In this document: positions 29,414-39,589 of the stretch, one piece after another
Layout: every line of letters begins with the position of its first letter
How positions within the stretch are numbered: the first letter of the stretch is position 1
Source: Spirochaetia bacterium
Lineage (GTDB): Bacteria; Spirochaetota; Spirochaetia; SZUA-6; Bin103
DNA: 64,000 nt
Reading direction: 5' to 3'
Assembly (NCBI GenBank): GCA_965199955.1
Contig: CBDATQ010000002.1
Location: forward strand, 384,001-448,000
Position numbers and translations under genes: made by a program
The notes under the pieces: model-generated
What the model saw: only the letters and a program-made list of their open reading frames with translations
Told to the model about the DNA's origin: nothing
Databases searched by the model: none

Positions 29414-30515
29414 ATGATGCTATCCGAACTGCGGCAACGGCTTGCGGCGCTCTGCGCCGACATCGACGCCGCATGGGGGCGTCTTTGACCCGGAGGAATC
29501 CGAGCGCCGCCTGGCCGAGCTCGAGGAGCTGACCGCGGCGCCCGAGCTGTGGAACGACCGCGCCGCCGCGGAGACGACCCTGGCGGAATTGAAGCGGCTC
29601 AAGGGCCGGATCGAACCCTGGAAGGGGGTGCGCGACGCCGCCGAAGAACTGGATACCCTGTGCGAGTTGGCCGCAGAGGAGAACTCGGAGGAGCTGTCGG
29701 AAGAGATCGAGGCCGGTCTGGTCGAGCTGGAGGACCATTTCGGCGCGCTGAATCTGCAGTCTCTCTTGGCCGGCCCGCACGATCGCGCCGACTGTTTCCT
29801 GACCATCCATGCCGGCGCGGGCGGCACCGAGGCGTGCGACTGGGTATCGATGCTGCTGCGCATGTACCTCCGCTGGGCGGAGGAGCGCTCCTTCGCCACC
29901 GAGGTCATCGACCTGACCGAGGCGGAAGGCGGCCTGAAGTCGACGACGGTTGAGCTCTCGGGGGAATATACCTACGGCTACCTGCGTGCCGAGACGGGGA
30001 TCCATCGCCTGGTCCGCATCTCCCCGTTCGACGCCAACAAGCGCCGTCACACCACCTTCGCGTCGGTGTTCGCCTCGCCGGTGCTGGACGACACGGCCGA
30101 CGTGGACGTGCGTCCCGAGGAGATCCGGGTGGACACGTACCGTGCGTCCGGTGCGGGCGGCCAGCACGTCAACAAGACCGACTCGGCGGTGCGCATCACC
30201 CACCTGTCGACCGGCATCGTCGTGCAGTGCCAGAACGAGCGCAGCCAGCACAAGAACCGCTCGACCGCGATGAAGGTGCTGCGCTCGCGTCTGTTCGAGC
30301 ACCATGAGGCCGAGCGGCAGAGCAAGCTGGAGGCGATTCAGGGCGACAAGAAGGAGATCTCCTGGGGCAACCAGATCCGCTCGTACGTCTTCCACCCGTA
30401 CACGATGGTGAAGGATCACCGCACCAGGCACGAGGACGGCAACCTGCAGGCGGTGATGGACGGACGCATCGATCCGTTCATCGAGTCATACCTGCGCCTG
30501 GCCGCAACCGCCTGA
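29414..30515 (+). CDS. prfB: Peptide chain release factor 2, with programmed +1 frameshift at codon 24
   Basis: SPF and GGQ motifs; 24-codon upstream frame ends CTT TGA C and joins the main ORF in +1. Confidence 0.98.
29475..29489 (+). promoter_or_regulatory. RF2 autoregulatory +1 frameshift cassette
   Basis: GGGGG internal SD-like sequence, 3-nt spacer CGT, then CTT TGA C. Confidence 0.95.
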
Positions 30516-30525
30516 GAGGGCACGC

Positions 30526-31683
30526 GTGAGTGCCCGGTGTCGCCTGGCACTGCTCCTGGCGGCGTGCTGGTCGGCCGCTCCGGCGGCGGCCGACCAGCAC
30601 GCCGCATCGGCACAGGCGGAGCGGCGGGTGGGCTTCAGCCCGCTTGCCGGCGAGCTCGCGGCCGAACACCGCTACCTGGCCGAGACGCTGCCGCGGCTGC
30701 TGCGCGAGCGCCTCGCCGGCATCGACGGAGTGGAGCTCGTCGATGCGGACGCTCCTGTCGGGGTCCTGCCTCGCCAGGTCGCGGCCGCGCGGGACATCGA
30801 CCTGCTGATCTGGGGAACGCTCGACAGCGCCGCCGATCACCTGGTCCTGGAGCTGCGCGCGTTCGACGCGGCGTCGGTGCGCACCGTCTGGTCGTACTAT
30901 GAAGCCGGGCAGGTCGACGCACTGCAGGGGGCGATCGATGCGGCCGCCGACGGGCTCGCGCCGCTGCTGCTGGGCCAGCCGTGGTCCCGGCTCGCGGTCG
31001 AGCCGGTGCCGGCGGACAGTACCGTACGGCTCGACGGAGTGCTGGTCGGCGTCGGCACGACGCTGCTGCGCTACACCGCGCCGCGCCGCGCCACGCTGAC
31101 GGTGTCCCGGCCCGGCTATCACCCGTCGGTCCGGCAGGTGGAATTGGCTCCGGGGCGGGAGTTGCGCGTCGCCGTGGAGCTCCTGCCGCGCGACCTGGGC
31201 ATCGTGCTGCTCGACTCGCAGCCGACGGGCGCCGCCGTCTACGTGGCGTCCGTCTATGCAGGGGTGACGCCGCTGCGGCTGCCGCGTCCACCGACCGACG
31301 CGGCGGTGTCGCTGGTGCTCGAGGGCCACGCCGACACCGCCGCGCGCATCGGACCGGCTACGCCGGGGACGCTCACGGTCCCCTTGCTGCCGGCCGGCTT
31401 CGACGGCGCCGCGGAGCAGGCGAGCGGCCGCGAACGGCTCTACGAGGAGTTGGGCTGGTTCGCCGTATCGCTCCTGCCGCCGCTGCTGCTCAGCGCGCTG
31501 GTCACCGATTTTGCTGCGCGCGACGTCGCCCTGCACGACGGCGGGCCGATCGCCTGGCAGCCGGCAACGATCGGCGTCACGGTAGGAGCGGTGGCGGCGG
31601 CGGGCTACTCCGTGTACCGGCTCGTGCGTACCATCGGGGTGATGATCGATTACACGGAAACGGCCGACCGGCCGGCCGGATGA
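30526..31683 (+). CDS. PEGA domain-containing exported/membrane protein
   Basis: Signal peptide, PEGA motifs PADSTVRLDG and SQPTGAAVYV...GVTPL, C-terminal hydrophobic segments. Confidence 0.8.
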   Translation: MSARCRLALLLAACWSAAPAAADQHAASAQAERRVGFSPLAGELAAEHRYLAETLPRLLRERLAGIDGVELVDADAPVGVLPRQVAAARDIDLLIWGTLDSAADHLVLELRAFDAASVRTVWSYYEAGQVDALQGAIDAAADGLAPLLLGQPWSRLAVEPVPADSTVRLDGVLVGVGTTLLRYTAPRRATLTVSRPGYHPSVRQVELAPGRELRVAVELLPRDLGIVLLDSQPTGAAVYVASVYAGVTPLRLPRPPTDAAVSLVLEGHADTAARIGPATPGTLTVPLLPAGFDGAAEQASGRERLYEELGWFAVSLLPPLLLSALVTDFAARDVALHDGGPIAWQPATIGVTVGAVAAAGYSVYRLVRTIGVMIDYTETADRPAG

Positions 31684-32528
31684 TGTTCGGCCTGGGAAAG
31701 AGGCTGCGCGAGCTGTTCGGCTCGCAGCCCGAACGTCTGGACCTGATCGAAGACACGTTGCTGGAGGCGGACATCGGACCACGCACGGTGGACGAGTTGC
31801 TCGAGGGCCTGGACGGGCGCCTCGGGCGTGGCGAGCAGGCGCTTGCCACCATCCGCGGGCGCGTGCTCGAACGCCTTCGCGCGGCGGTCGTGGAGCTCGG
31901 CCCCACCGGCGTGTCGGTGGTGATGGCCGTCGGCGTCAACGGGGTCGGCAAGACCACGAACCTGGCGAAGCTTGGCGCGCTGCTGAAGCGGAACGGCCGC
32001 CGCGTTCTGTTCGCCGCCGCCGACACGTTCCGCGCCGCGGCCGCCGAGCAGCTCGGCATGCACGGACAGCGCCTGGGTATCCCTGTGGTCGCGCAAGGGC
32101 AGGGAGCCGACGCCGGCGCCGTGCTCTTCGACGCGATCGACAGCGCGACCGCCCGCTCGGTCGACATCGTGCTGGCCGACACCTCCGGGCGCATGCATAC
32201 CAACGCCGGACTCGACGCCGAGTTGCGCAAGCTGGTGCGGATCGCCGAGCGGCGCCGGGTCGCGCTGCACCGTCTGCTCGTGGTCGATGCCACGACCGGC
32301 CGCAATGCCTTCGATCAGGCGCGCACCTTCCGCGACGGCGCCGGGGTGGACTCCATCCTGCTGTCCAAGCTGGACGCTACGGCGAAGGGCGGAGTGGTGC
32401 TCGACATCTGCCACCAGCTCAAGCTGGGCGTCTCCTTCGTGGGCACCGGCGAGCGGATGGAGGATCTGTCCCGGTTCGATCCGGCAACCTACGTCACCGG
32501 CCTGCTCGGCGACGGCCGCCGGGCGTGA
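31680..32528 (+). CDS. ftsY: SRP receptor FtsY (NG domain only)
   Basis: GVNGVGKTT, DTFRAAA, DTSGR, KLDATAKGG, GTGERMEDL. Confidence 0.97.
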   Translation: MMFGLGKRLRELFGSQPERLDLIEDTLLEADIGPRTVDELLEGLDGRLGRGEQALATIRGRVLERLRAAVVELGPTGVSVVMAVGVNGVGKTTNLAKLGALLKRNGRRVLFAAADTFRAAAAEQLGMHGQRLGIPVVAQGQGADAGAVLFDAIDSATARSVDIVLADTSGRMHTNAGLDAELRKLVRIAERRRVALHRLLVVDATTGRNAFDQARTFRDGAGVDSILLSKLDATAKGGVVLDICHQLKLGVSFVGTGERMEDLSRFDPATYVTGLLGDGRRA

Positions 32529-33718
32529 TGCGCCGGTCGCTGCCCGCGCTCGCGGCGGCGCTCGCGGTCACGGCGGTCGTCTCCGTCCCGGCTCAGACCG
32601 TCGAGGGCAGGGACGTCTACTACCGCTCGAATGAGATCGGCATAGAGTTCGAGGAGATCCCGCAGGCTGCCGCCGCCGAACACCGGTTCGTCCTGGTGCA
32701 TCGCGGAGCGGTGGAGGGTGGCGATGGGGCCGGCGAGGAGCGGCTCCTGCTGGACGGCGGCCGCCAGATCCGGCGGTGGGTGACGCTGCGGGATGCGGGC
32801 GGCACGCTGATCGCCGAGTCCGACTACGCGGACGGGATGCTGGTCGCCGAACGAAGCTTCGACCACACGGGCAAGCTCGCGGAGGTGAGCGAGTACGACC
32901 GCGGGGTGCTGGCCAGCCGTGCCGCCTATGCGTACGAGCCGCGGATGGTACGGGTCGTGGTGACCGGCAGCGACGGTGCGGTGCTGCAGACCGCGACCTA
33001 CGAGCTGGCCGCCACCGGTCAGCTGCGTGACTTCGCCCGTGTCGAGCCCGGGGCGGATCGGCTGGGCGTCCGCTTCGTGTTCGCCGGCGGGACGCTGGTC
33101 GAGGAGGCGGTCACCTCCGGGGCGACCCGGCTGGTTTCGCGTTATCTCGCCGGCGAGCGCTACGAGGCCGAGGAGTGGCGTGGCGACGTCCTGCATGCCG
33201 TTCGCGAGCTCGAGCGCTCGCCCGACGGGTTCCTGGTGGGCGAGACCAGGATCGAGCCTGCGCTGGACCGGCGGACGGCCTCCCGCTTCGACGCGGCGGG
33301 CCGGGTTCTGGAGGCGGTCACCACCGAGGGCGGCCGGCAGGTCGAGATGGTCCGGCACCACCGCGACGCCGCCGGACGGATCGTCACCACGCGGCGGGAG
33401 ACCGATGCCGGCGAAGAGCGGTGGGAGTACGAGTACGTCACGGACTCGCAGGCCGGGTCGGCTACGGAGGACACCCCGGACGATCGCCTGCGCACCGTCA
33501 GGTTCGATCAGAACGATGAGATCGTGTCGGTCACGACGTACGAGTGGCCGTCGGACGACGACGGGCAACCAACCCGTCAGGCCGACTACTACCGCGACGG
33601 AGCCCCCTATCTGCGCGTGCACTTCCGGGGCGACACGCGGGTTCGCGAGCAGGTCTTGAGGGACGGACAGGTGGTCCGGGAACGCGTGTTCGATGACGGT
33701 GCCGGCACGCAGCGGTGA
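32525..33718 (+). CDS. Hypothetical exported protein with YD/MORN-like beta repeats
   Basis: Signal peptide; repeats such as FDHTGKL, FDAAGRV, RDAAGRI, YYRDG; start and stop overlap neighbours. Confidence 0.75.
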   Translation: MMRRSLPALAAALAVTAVVSVPAQTVEGRDVYYRSNEIGIEFEEIPQAAAAEHRFVLVHRGAVEGGDGAGEERLLLDGGRQIRRWVTLRDAGGTLIAESDYADGMLVAERSFDHTGKLAEVSEYDRGVLASRAAYAYEPRMVRVVVTGSDGAVLQTATYELAATGQLRDFARVEPGADRLGVRFVFAGGTLVEEAVTSGATRLVSRYLAGERYEAEEWRGDVLHAVRELERSPDGFLVGETRIEPALDRRTASRFDAAGRVLEAVTTEGGRQVEMVRHHRDAAGRIVTTRRETDAGEERWEYEYVTDSQAGSATEDTPDDRLRTVRFDQNDEIVSVTTYEWPSDDDGQPTRQADYYRDGAPYLRVHFRGDTRVREQVLRDGQVVRERVFDDGAGTQR

Positions 33719-35051
33719 CCCCGGGCCGGTTCGGGCATCCGTCGCCGGCGACGTCAGACTGGCGCTGGCACTGGTGGGCGTCCACCTGCGCGGACGCCCG
33801 GGCCGCGGCCGCGCCTCGCTGGCGATCGCCGTGGTCGGCATGGGCGCGGGCGTGATGATGCTGACCAGCGTGCTCGGCATCATGAACGGTCTGCAACTCG
33901 GCTACATCGAGGATCTGGTGGAGATCGGCTCGTTCCACCTGCGGCTGAGCCGCGACGGTCACGAGCCCCTGCCGCCGCGCGTCCTGGCGGACATCGAAGA
34001 ACGACCCACCGTGCGGACGGTCACACCGCTCGCCGACCTCACGGCGATGGTCGGCCGGCCGTCCGGCCGGCACCGGCACGGGATTACGCTGCGCGCGGTA
34101 CCGGCCGACGTCGCCGTCCGCGCGCCCTCGTTCGCCGCGCAGCTCGGCCTGGGGCCGGCGCCGCTCGAGCTCGGCACCCTGACGCTGGGCGTGGGGGCGG
34201 CCGCGCAGCTCGGCGTTGGCGACGGGGACGAGGTCGCGGTGTACCTGGTCGACCGGACGGCAGCCGGCGGGGGGCCGGCGGCGCGGGTCGCGTCGCTGAT
34301 CGTCGCCGGCACGTTCGAGAGCGGCTTCACGGAGTTCGACCGCCACTGGGCCGTGACGTCGCTGTCGACCGCGGAGCTGATCACGAGCGGGGGCGTGCCG
34401 CTCGAGTACGGCATCAAGCTGGTCAACCGGTTCCGCGATCGCACCGAGCGTGCAGCCGTGGAGGACATGCTCGCCGGCCGGCTTCCCGTCGCGGACTACC
34501 AGGTGCGCACGTGGCGGGAATTCAATCAGGCGTTCTACGGCGCGTTGCGCACGGAGAAGCTGCTGATGTCGACGCTCATCGGGCTCGCCTTCGTGGTGGT
34601 CGCCTTCAACGTCTTCCACGGCATGCGGCGCCGCATCCAGGAGCGCCGCCAGGAGATCGGTGTGCTGCGCGCGCTGGGCGCGACCCCCACGACGCTGCGG
34701 CTGGCGTATGCCATGGAGGCGGGGGCGGGCGGCGTGATCGGCGTGGCGTGCGGCCTGGCGGCAGGTCTGGCGATCGCAGACAACCTGACCGCGCTGCTCC
34801 GGGTTACCGAGTCGGCGACGAACGCGTTGCTGGCCACGGCGCGGTTCTTCGCCGTGCCCCCCACGGCGCCGCGGGCGCTGCCGTCCGGGGCGCTGTTCCA
34901 GCTCGAGCGGATCCCCAACCGCGTCCTGCTGCACGAGGCGGTGCTCACCTGCGCTGTGGCCATCGGCGCCGGGCTCACCGCGGCGCTGGCAGCGGGGCGC
35001 TGGCTGCGCCGCATCACCCCGGAGCGCATTCTCCGCGAGGCGCGTGAATGA
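33693..35051 (+). CDS. LolC/E-like (MacB/FtsX-type) ABC permease
   Basis: VLGIMNGLQ, TWREFNQAFYGALRTEK, ERRQEIGVLRALGA, PERILRE. Confidence 0.9.
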   Translation: MTVPARSGDPGPVRASVAGDVRLALALVGVHLRGRPGRGRASLAIAVVGMGAGVMMLTSVLGIMNGLQLGYIEDLVEIGSFHLRLSRDGHEPLPPRVLADIEERPTVRTVTPLADLTAMVGRPSGRHRHGITLRAVPADVAVRAPSFAAQLGLGPAPLELGTLTLGVGAAAQLGVGDGDEVAVYLVDRTAAGGGPAARVASLIVAGTFESGFTEFDRHWAVTSLSTAELITSGGVPLEYGIKLVNRFRDRTERAAVEDMLAGRLPVADYQVRTWREFNQAFYGALRTEKLLMSTLIGLAFVVVAFNVFHGMRRRIQERRQEIGVLRALGATPTTLRLAYAMEAGAGGVIGVACGLAAGLAIADNLTALLRVTESATNALLATARFFAVPPTAPRALPSGALFQLERIPNRVLLHEAVLTCAVAIGAGLTAALAAGRWLRRITPERILREARE

Positions 35052-35764
35052 CCGCGCCTCCGGTCCTGTCGATGCATCGGGTCACCAAGCGCTACGGGCG
35101 CGCCGCCGGCGACGGGCTGGTCCTGCGCGGAATCGATCTCGATCTCGCCCCCGGCGCCTCGGTTGCCATCACCGGCGTCAGCGGCTCCGGCAAGAGCACG
35201 CTGCTCAATCTGGCCGCCGGCCTGGACCGCGTCACGTCCGGCACGGTACGGCTGGACGGGACCGATCTCACGGTCCTGGACGAAGTCGAGCTGGCGTTGC
35301 AGCGGCGCAGGCTGGGCATGATCTTCCAGTTCCACCACCTGCTGCGCGACTTCACGGTGCTCGAAAACGTGGCGATGCCGGTGCGCCTGCAGAATCGACC
35401 TGCCGCGGACGCGGTTGCCGCGGCGCGCGAGATGCTCGACCGCGTCGGGCTCATCGGCGCGGGCCACCGATACCCCACGGAACTCTCCGGGGGCGAGCAG
35501 CAACGGGTGGCGGTGGCGCGGGCGCTGGCCGGGCGGCCGGCCATGATCCTGGCCGATGAGCCGACCGGCAACCTGGACCGGGCGGCGTCGGACGCGGTCG
35601 CCGACCTGCTGTTCACTCTGGTCGCCGACCACGGCGCCGCCTGCCTGCTGGTCACGCACGACATCGATCTGGCCCTTCGGGCCGCCCGTGCGCTGACGCT
35701 TGCCGACGGCGTGCTCGTCGAGGGGGCTGCGGGCGCGCCGCCGCCGGCCGGCGGCGCGCCATGA
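35048..35764 (+). CDS. lolD: LolD-like ABC ATP-binding protein
   Basis: GVSGSGKS, FQFHHLL, LSGGEQQR, LADEPTGNLD. Confidence 0.88.
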   Translation: MTAPPVLSMHRVTKRYGRAAGDGLVLRGIDLDLAPGASVAITGVSGSGKSTLLNLAAGLDRVTSGTVRLDGTDLTVLDEVELALQRRRLGMIFQFHHLLRDFTVLENVAMPVRLQNRPAADAVAAAREMLDRVGLIGAGHRYPTELSGGEQQRVAVARALAGRPAMILADEPTGNLDRAASDAVADLLFTLVADHGAACLLVTHDIDLALRAARALTLADGVLVEGAAGAPPPAGGAP

Positions 35765-37005
35765 ACCTGCCGGCCGCGCCGTGGCTGGGAGTGATGATCG
35801 CCGGGCGCGGGCACGCTCGCGGCGGCCCCGGCCTGGCCGGCACCACCCTTGGCATCGCCCTGAGCCTGGTGCCCGTGATCGTCGTGCTGGTGGTGGCGGA
35901 CGGCATGATCGAAGGCATCACCGGGCGGTTCCTGGAGGTGGACACCTACCACGCGCGGATCGTCCCGCCGGCAGGCGGTGACGCGGAACGCCTGGCGGCG
36001 GCGGTGCGCGCCGCCCCGGGGGTGACGCTGGCCGAGGTGGAGGTGCGCAGCCTGGGGTTGCTGTTCAGCGCGGAGGGACTGCGCACCGACGTGCAGGTCC
36101 GTTTCGTGAACCCGGACCTGCTGCAACGCGATGCGGGGCTGCGTCGCTACCTCAGCGTGGAGGGATCCTTCGACCTGCAGGCGGGGAACCAGGCGGTGAT
36201 CGGGCGGGAGCTGGCGGAGACGCTGGGGGTGACGACCGGCGACCGGGTGGGGCTCTGGGTTCAGGGCGCGCCCCGCCTCGCCGCGGTGCGGATCGCCGGC
36301 GTGTACCGGTCCGGCTATCAGCACCTTGACGGAACGTTTGCATTCATGGGCGCAGCGGCCGCCAGCGATCTCGGCGCCACGGGGTTCCGATTCCTGGGTG
36401 TCAAGGTCCGCGACCCGTTCGGAGAGCTCGACACGGTGATGGAGGAACTGGGCAGGATCCTCCCACCGGAGGCGCGGCTGATCGGCTGGTTCGACCTGCA
36501 ACGCTCCGCGTACCGGTCCTTTCGCGCCACCAAGGTGTGGCTGACGCTGATCATGGCCGTGATCGCGCTGGTGGCGACGGTCAACGTGGCTTCCGCGCTG
36601 CGCATGCTGCTGATCGAACGAAGCGCCGAGATGGCCTACGTGCGTGCCATGGGCGGTTCCGGCGACCAGGTCGGCATGGCGTTCCTGACGGTGGGTCTGG
36701 TCAGCGGCGCGGCGGGTGGAGTGGCAGGCGTCGCGCTGGGGCTGGCCGCGGCGGTCAACGTCAACGAGCTGCTGGCGGCGATCGAGTGGAGCGTGAACGC
36801 GGCTGCGCTGCTGCTTGCCGGAGCGGACGGGCCGGCGCGACTGATCGACCGCTCCTTCTATCTGGAACGGATTCCGGTCCGCCCCGATCCCGGGCAGCTG
36901 CTGGCCGCCGTAGCGGCCGTGACCGTCGCGGCGGCGATCGCCGCGGTGCGTCCCGCGCTGCACGCCGCGCGCCTGCGGCCGGTCGAGTCGCTCCGGCAGC
37001 GATAG
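35761..37005 (+). CDS. LolC/E-like ABC permease
   Basis: GIALSLVPVIVVLVVADGM, ERSAEMAYVRAMG, FYLERIP, RPVESLR. Confidence 0.9.
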   Translation: MNLPAAPWLGVMIAGRGHARGGPGLAGTTLGIALSLVPVIVVLVVADGMIEGITGRFLEVDTYHARIVPPAGGDAERLAAAVRAAPGVTLAEVEVRSLGLLFSAEGLRTDVQVRFVNPDLLQRDAGLRRYLSVEGSFDLQAGNQAVIGRELAETLGVTTGDRVGLWVQGAPRLAAVRIAGVYRSGYQHLDGTFAFMGAAAASDLGATGFRFLGVKVRDPFGELDTVMEELGRILPPEARLIGWFDLQRSAYRSFRATKVWLTLIMAVIALVATVNVASALRMLLIERSAEMAYVRAMGGSGDQVGMAFLTVGLVSGAAGGVAGVALGLAAAVNVNELLAAIEWSVNAAALLLAGADGPARLIDRSFYLERIPVRPDPGQLLAAVAAVTVAAAIAAVRPALHAARLRPVESLRQR

Positions 37006-37104
37006 ATTGATCGGTGGGGCGTCCTTTGCGATACTCTGCTGCAGGCAGTGCATCGCGACCGATGCTCAAAGCTCCCCGGGAACTGTGAACCACGGAGGCA
37101 GGAC

Positions 37105-39588
37105 ATGATGTGGAAGGGCCTGACCCAGCGCGCCCAGAAGGTCATCTCGTTCAGAGCGCAGGAAGAGGCGAAGCGGTGTCATGCCGAGAAGCTGCTCCCG
37201 GAGCACATCATCCTGGCGCTGCTCAAGGATGGCGAAGGGGTGGCGGTCAAGGCCCTGCAGCGGGTCAAGGTCAACATCGACGAGATGCGCCGGGACATCG
37301 AGCGCAGCCTGACGCAGGGGAAGGGCGGCCTCATCCTCGGCGACATCGAGGTATCCGAACGCGCCCAGACGGTGCTGAAGGGCGCGACGCACGAAGCCAA
37401 GAACATGGGCCACGTCTACGTCGGCACCGAGCACCTGCTCCTGTCCGCGGCGCGCGACGAGGGCGGCGCGACGTACCGCTACCTCGCGCAGCGCAACGTG
37501 TCCCTCGAGCAGCTCAGGGAGGCGATCATCCGCATCAACGGGCTCGGCGAAACGCGGCAGAGCTCCGGGACGCCGAAGCGGCGCACGCAGACGGCCGCCC
37601 GCAAACCCACGCCGACCCTGGACGAATTCAGCCGTGACCTGACCACGCTGGCGCGCGAGGGCAAGCTGGACCCGGTCGTGGGCCGCGCCCGCGAGATCCA
37701 GCGGGTGATCCAGATCCTGGCGCGGCGCACCAAGAACAACCCGGTGCTGATCGGCGAGCCGGGAGTCGGCAAGACCGCGATCGTCGAAGGGCTGGCTCAG
37801 AAGGTGGTCAACGGAACCGCGCCCGACGTCCTGCACGGACGGCGCGTGCTGACGCTGGACCTGGCGTCGCTCGTGGCCGGCACCAAGTATCGTGGCGAGT
37901 TCGAGGAGCGGCTGAAGCGGGTGATGAAGGAGATCGTCACCTCCGGCAACATCATCATGTTCATCGATGAGCTGCACACGATCATCGGCGCCGGCGGCGC
38001 CGAAGGGGCGATCGACGCCTCCAACATGCTCAAGCCGGCCCTGTCGCGCGGCGAGCTGCAGTGCATCGGCGCCACCACGCTGGCCGAGCACCGCAAGTAC
38101 ATCGAGCGCGACGCCGCGCTGGAGCGCCGCTTCCAGTCCGTGTTCGTGGACGAGCCCTCTGTGGACGAGACGGTGGAGATCCTCAAGGGGGTCAAGGACC
38201 GCTACGCCCAGTTCCACGGCGTCTTCTACACCTACGAAGCGCTGGAGGCGGCCGCGTCCCTCTCCGCCCGCTACATCTCCGACCGCCACCTGCCGGACAA
38301 GGCGATCGACCTGCTGGACGAATCGGGGTCGCGCAGCCGCATCGACAACGGCGCCCGGCCGAAGGAGCTGGTCAAGCTCGACCAGGAGATCGAGCGGCTG
38401 ATGGTCGAGAAGACCAACTTGGTCAACAGCCAGAACTACGAGAAGGCGGCCGCCGTGCGCGACAAGGTCGGCCTGCTGCGCCAGCAGCTCGACAAGCAGG
38501 AGCGCGCGTGGGCGCAGACCACGCAGGGCGAGCAGCGGCTGGTGGAGCCGGAGGACATCCAGCGCGTGATCTCCGAGATCACCGGCGTGCCGCTGGCGCG
38601 CATCGCGCAGTCGGAGTCGCGCCGCCTGCTGGAGATCGAGAACGAGCTGCACGAGCGCATGGTCGGCCAGGAAGAGGCGATCAGCGTGGTGGCCGCGGCG
38701 ATCCGCCGGTCGCGCACCGGCCTGTCGTCACCGAAGCGGCCGATGGGTTCGTTCGTGTTCCTGGGCCCGACCGGCGTGGGCAAGACCGAGCTTGCCAAGA
38801 CCCTGGCGGAGTTCATGTTCGGCGACGAGGAGTCGCTGATCCTGGTCGACATGTCCGACTACATGGAGAAGCACAACGTGTCGCGGCTGGTGGGAGCGCC
38901 GCCCGGCTACGTCGGCTACGACGAAGGCGGCATGCTTACCGAGAAGGTGCGGCGCCGGCCCTACAGCGTCATCCTGCTGGATGAGATCGAGAAGGCGCAC
39001 CCCGACGTGTTCAACATCCTCCTGCAGGTGCTGGAGGAGGGGCAGCTCCAGGACCAGCTGGGCCACACGGTGTCGTTCCGCAACACCATCCTGATCATGA
39101 CCTCGAACGCGGGTGCCCGCGAGATCATCCAGGATGGCTCTCTCGGCTTCCGCACCGAGAAACAGGCGATGCGCTTCGCCGACATCAAGTCCTCGGCGCT
39201 GGCCGAGATGAAACGGCTGTTCCGCCCCGAGTTCCTGAACCGCGTCGACGAGGTGGTGGTCTTCCACGCCCTGGAACGCGAGCATCTGGACAAGATCCTG
39301 CACCGCCTGATCGGCGAGGTCGGCGAACGGCTCGCGGAACAGAACATCGACCTGCGGGTCAGCCGGCGCGCGCGTGGCTACCTGATCGACAACGGCTCCG
39401 ACGAGAAGTACGGCGCGCGGCCGCTGCGCCGTCTGATCCAGAAAGAGGTGGAAGACCCACTGTCCCTGGAGATCCTGCGCGGCCGCTTTCTTCCCGGCAG
39501 CGGCGTGACGGTCGACGTCAAGGACGATCGCCTGGTGTTCCGCAAGCGACGCGCGGCCCAGCCGGCCAAAGAGCTCGTCACTACCTGA
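37105..39588 (+). CDS. clpC: ATP-dependent Clp protease ATP-binding subunit ClpC
   Basis: Clp N repeats (EHII/EHLL), two AAA modules GEPGVGKT and [11 protein letters not shown]-type linker QNYEKAA..RD, ClpP-docking SLGF loop; SD GGAGG. Confidence 0.95.
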   Translation: MMWKGLTQRAQKVISFRAQEEAKRCHAEKLLPEHIILALLKDGEGVAVKALQRVKVNIDEMRRDIERSLTQGKGGLILGDIEVSERAQTVLKGATHEAKNMGHVYVGTEHLLLSAARDEGGATYRYLAQRNVSLEQLREAIIRINGLGETRQSSGTPKRRTQTAARKPTPTLDEFSRDLTTLAREGKLDPVVGRAREIQRVIQILARRTKNNPVLIGEPGVGKTAIVEGLAQKVVNGTAPDVLHGRRVLTLDLASLVAGTKYRGEFEERLKRVMKEIVTSGNIIMFIDELHTIIGAGGAEGAIDASNMLKPALSRGELQCIGATTLAEHRKYIERDAALERRFQSVFVDEPSVDETVEILKGVKDRYAQFHGVFYTYEALEAAASLSARYISDRHLPDKAIDLLDESGSRSRIDNGARPKELVKLDQEIERLMVEKTNLVNSQNYEKAAAVRDKVGLLRQQLDKQERAWAQTTQGEQRLVEPEDIQRVISEITGVPLARIAQSESRRLLEIENELHERMVGQEEAISVVAAAIRRSRTGLSSPKRPMGSFVFLGPTGVGKTELAKTLAEFMFGDEESLILVDMSDYMEKHNVSRLVGAPPGYVGYDEGGMLTEKVRRRPYSVILLDEIEKAHPDVFNILLQVLEEGQLQDQLGHTVSFRNTILIMTSNAGAREIIQDGSLGFRTEKQAMRFADIKSSALAEMKRLFRPEFLNRVDEVVVFHALEREHLDKILHRLIGEVGERLAEQNIDLRVSRRARGYLIDNGSDEKYGARPLRRLIQKEVEDPLSLEILRGRFLPGSGVTVDVKDDRLVFRKRRAAQPAKELVTT

Positions 39589-39589
39589 G

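Noticed and set aside
32525..33718. RHS/YD polymorphic toxin
   Set aside because: Too short, no RHS core terminal motif, toxin tip or immunity gene; sits in a housekeeping operon
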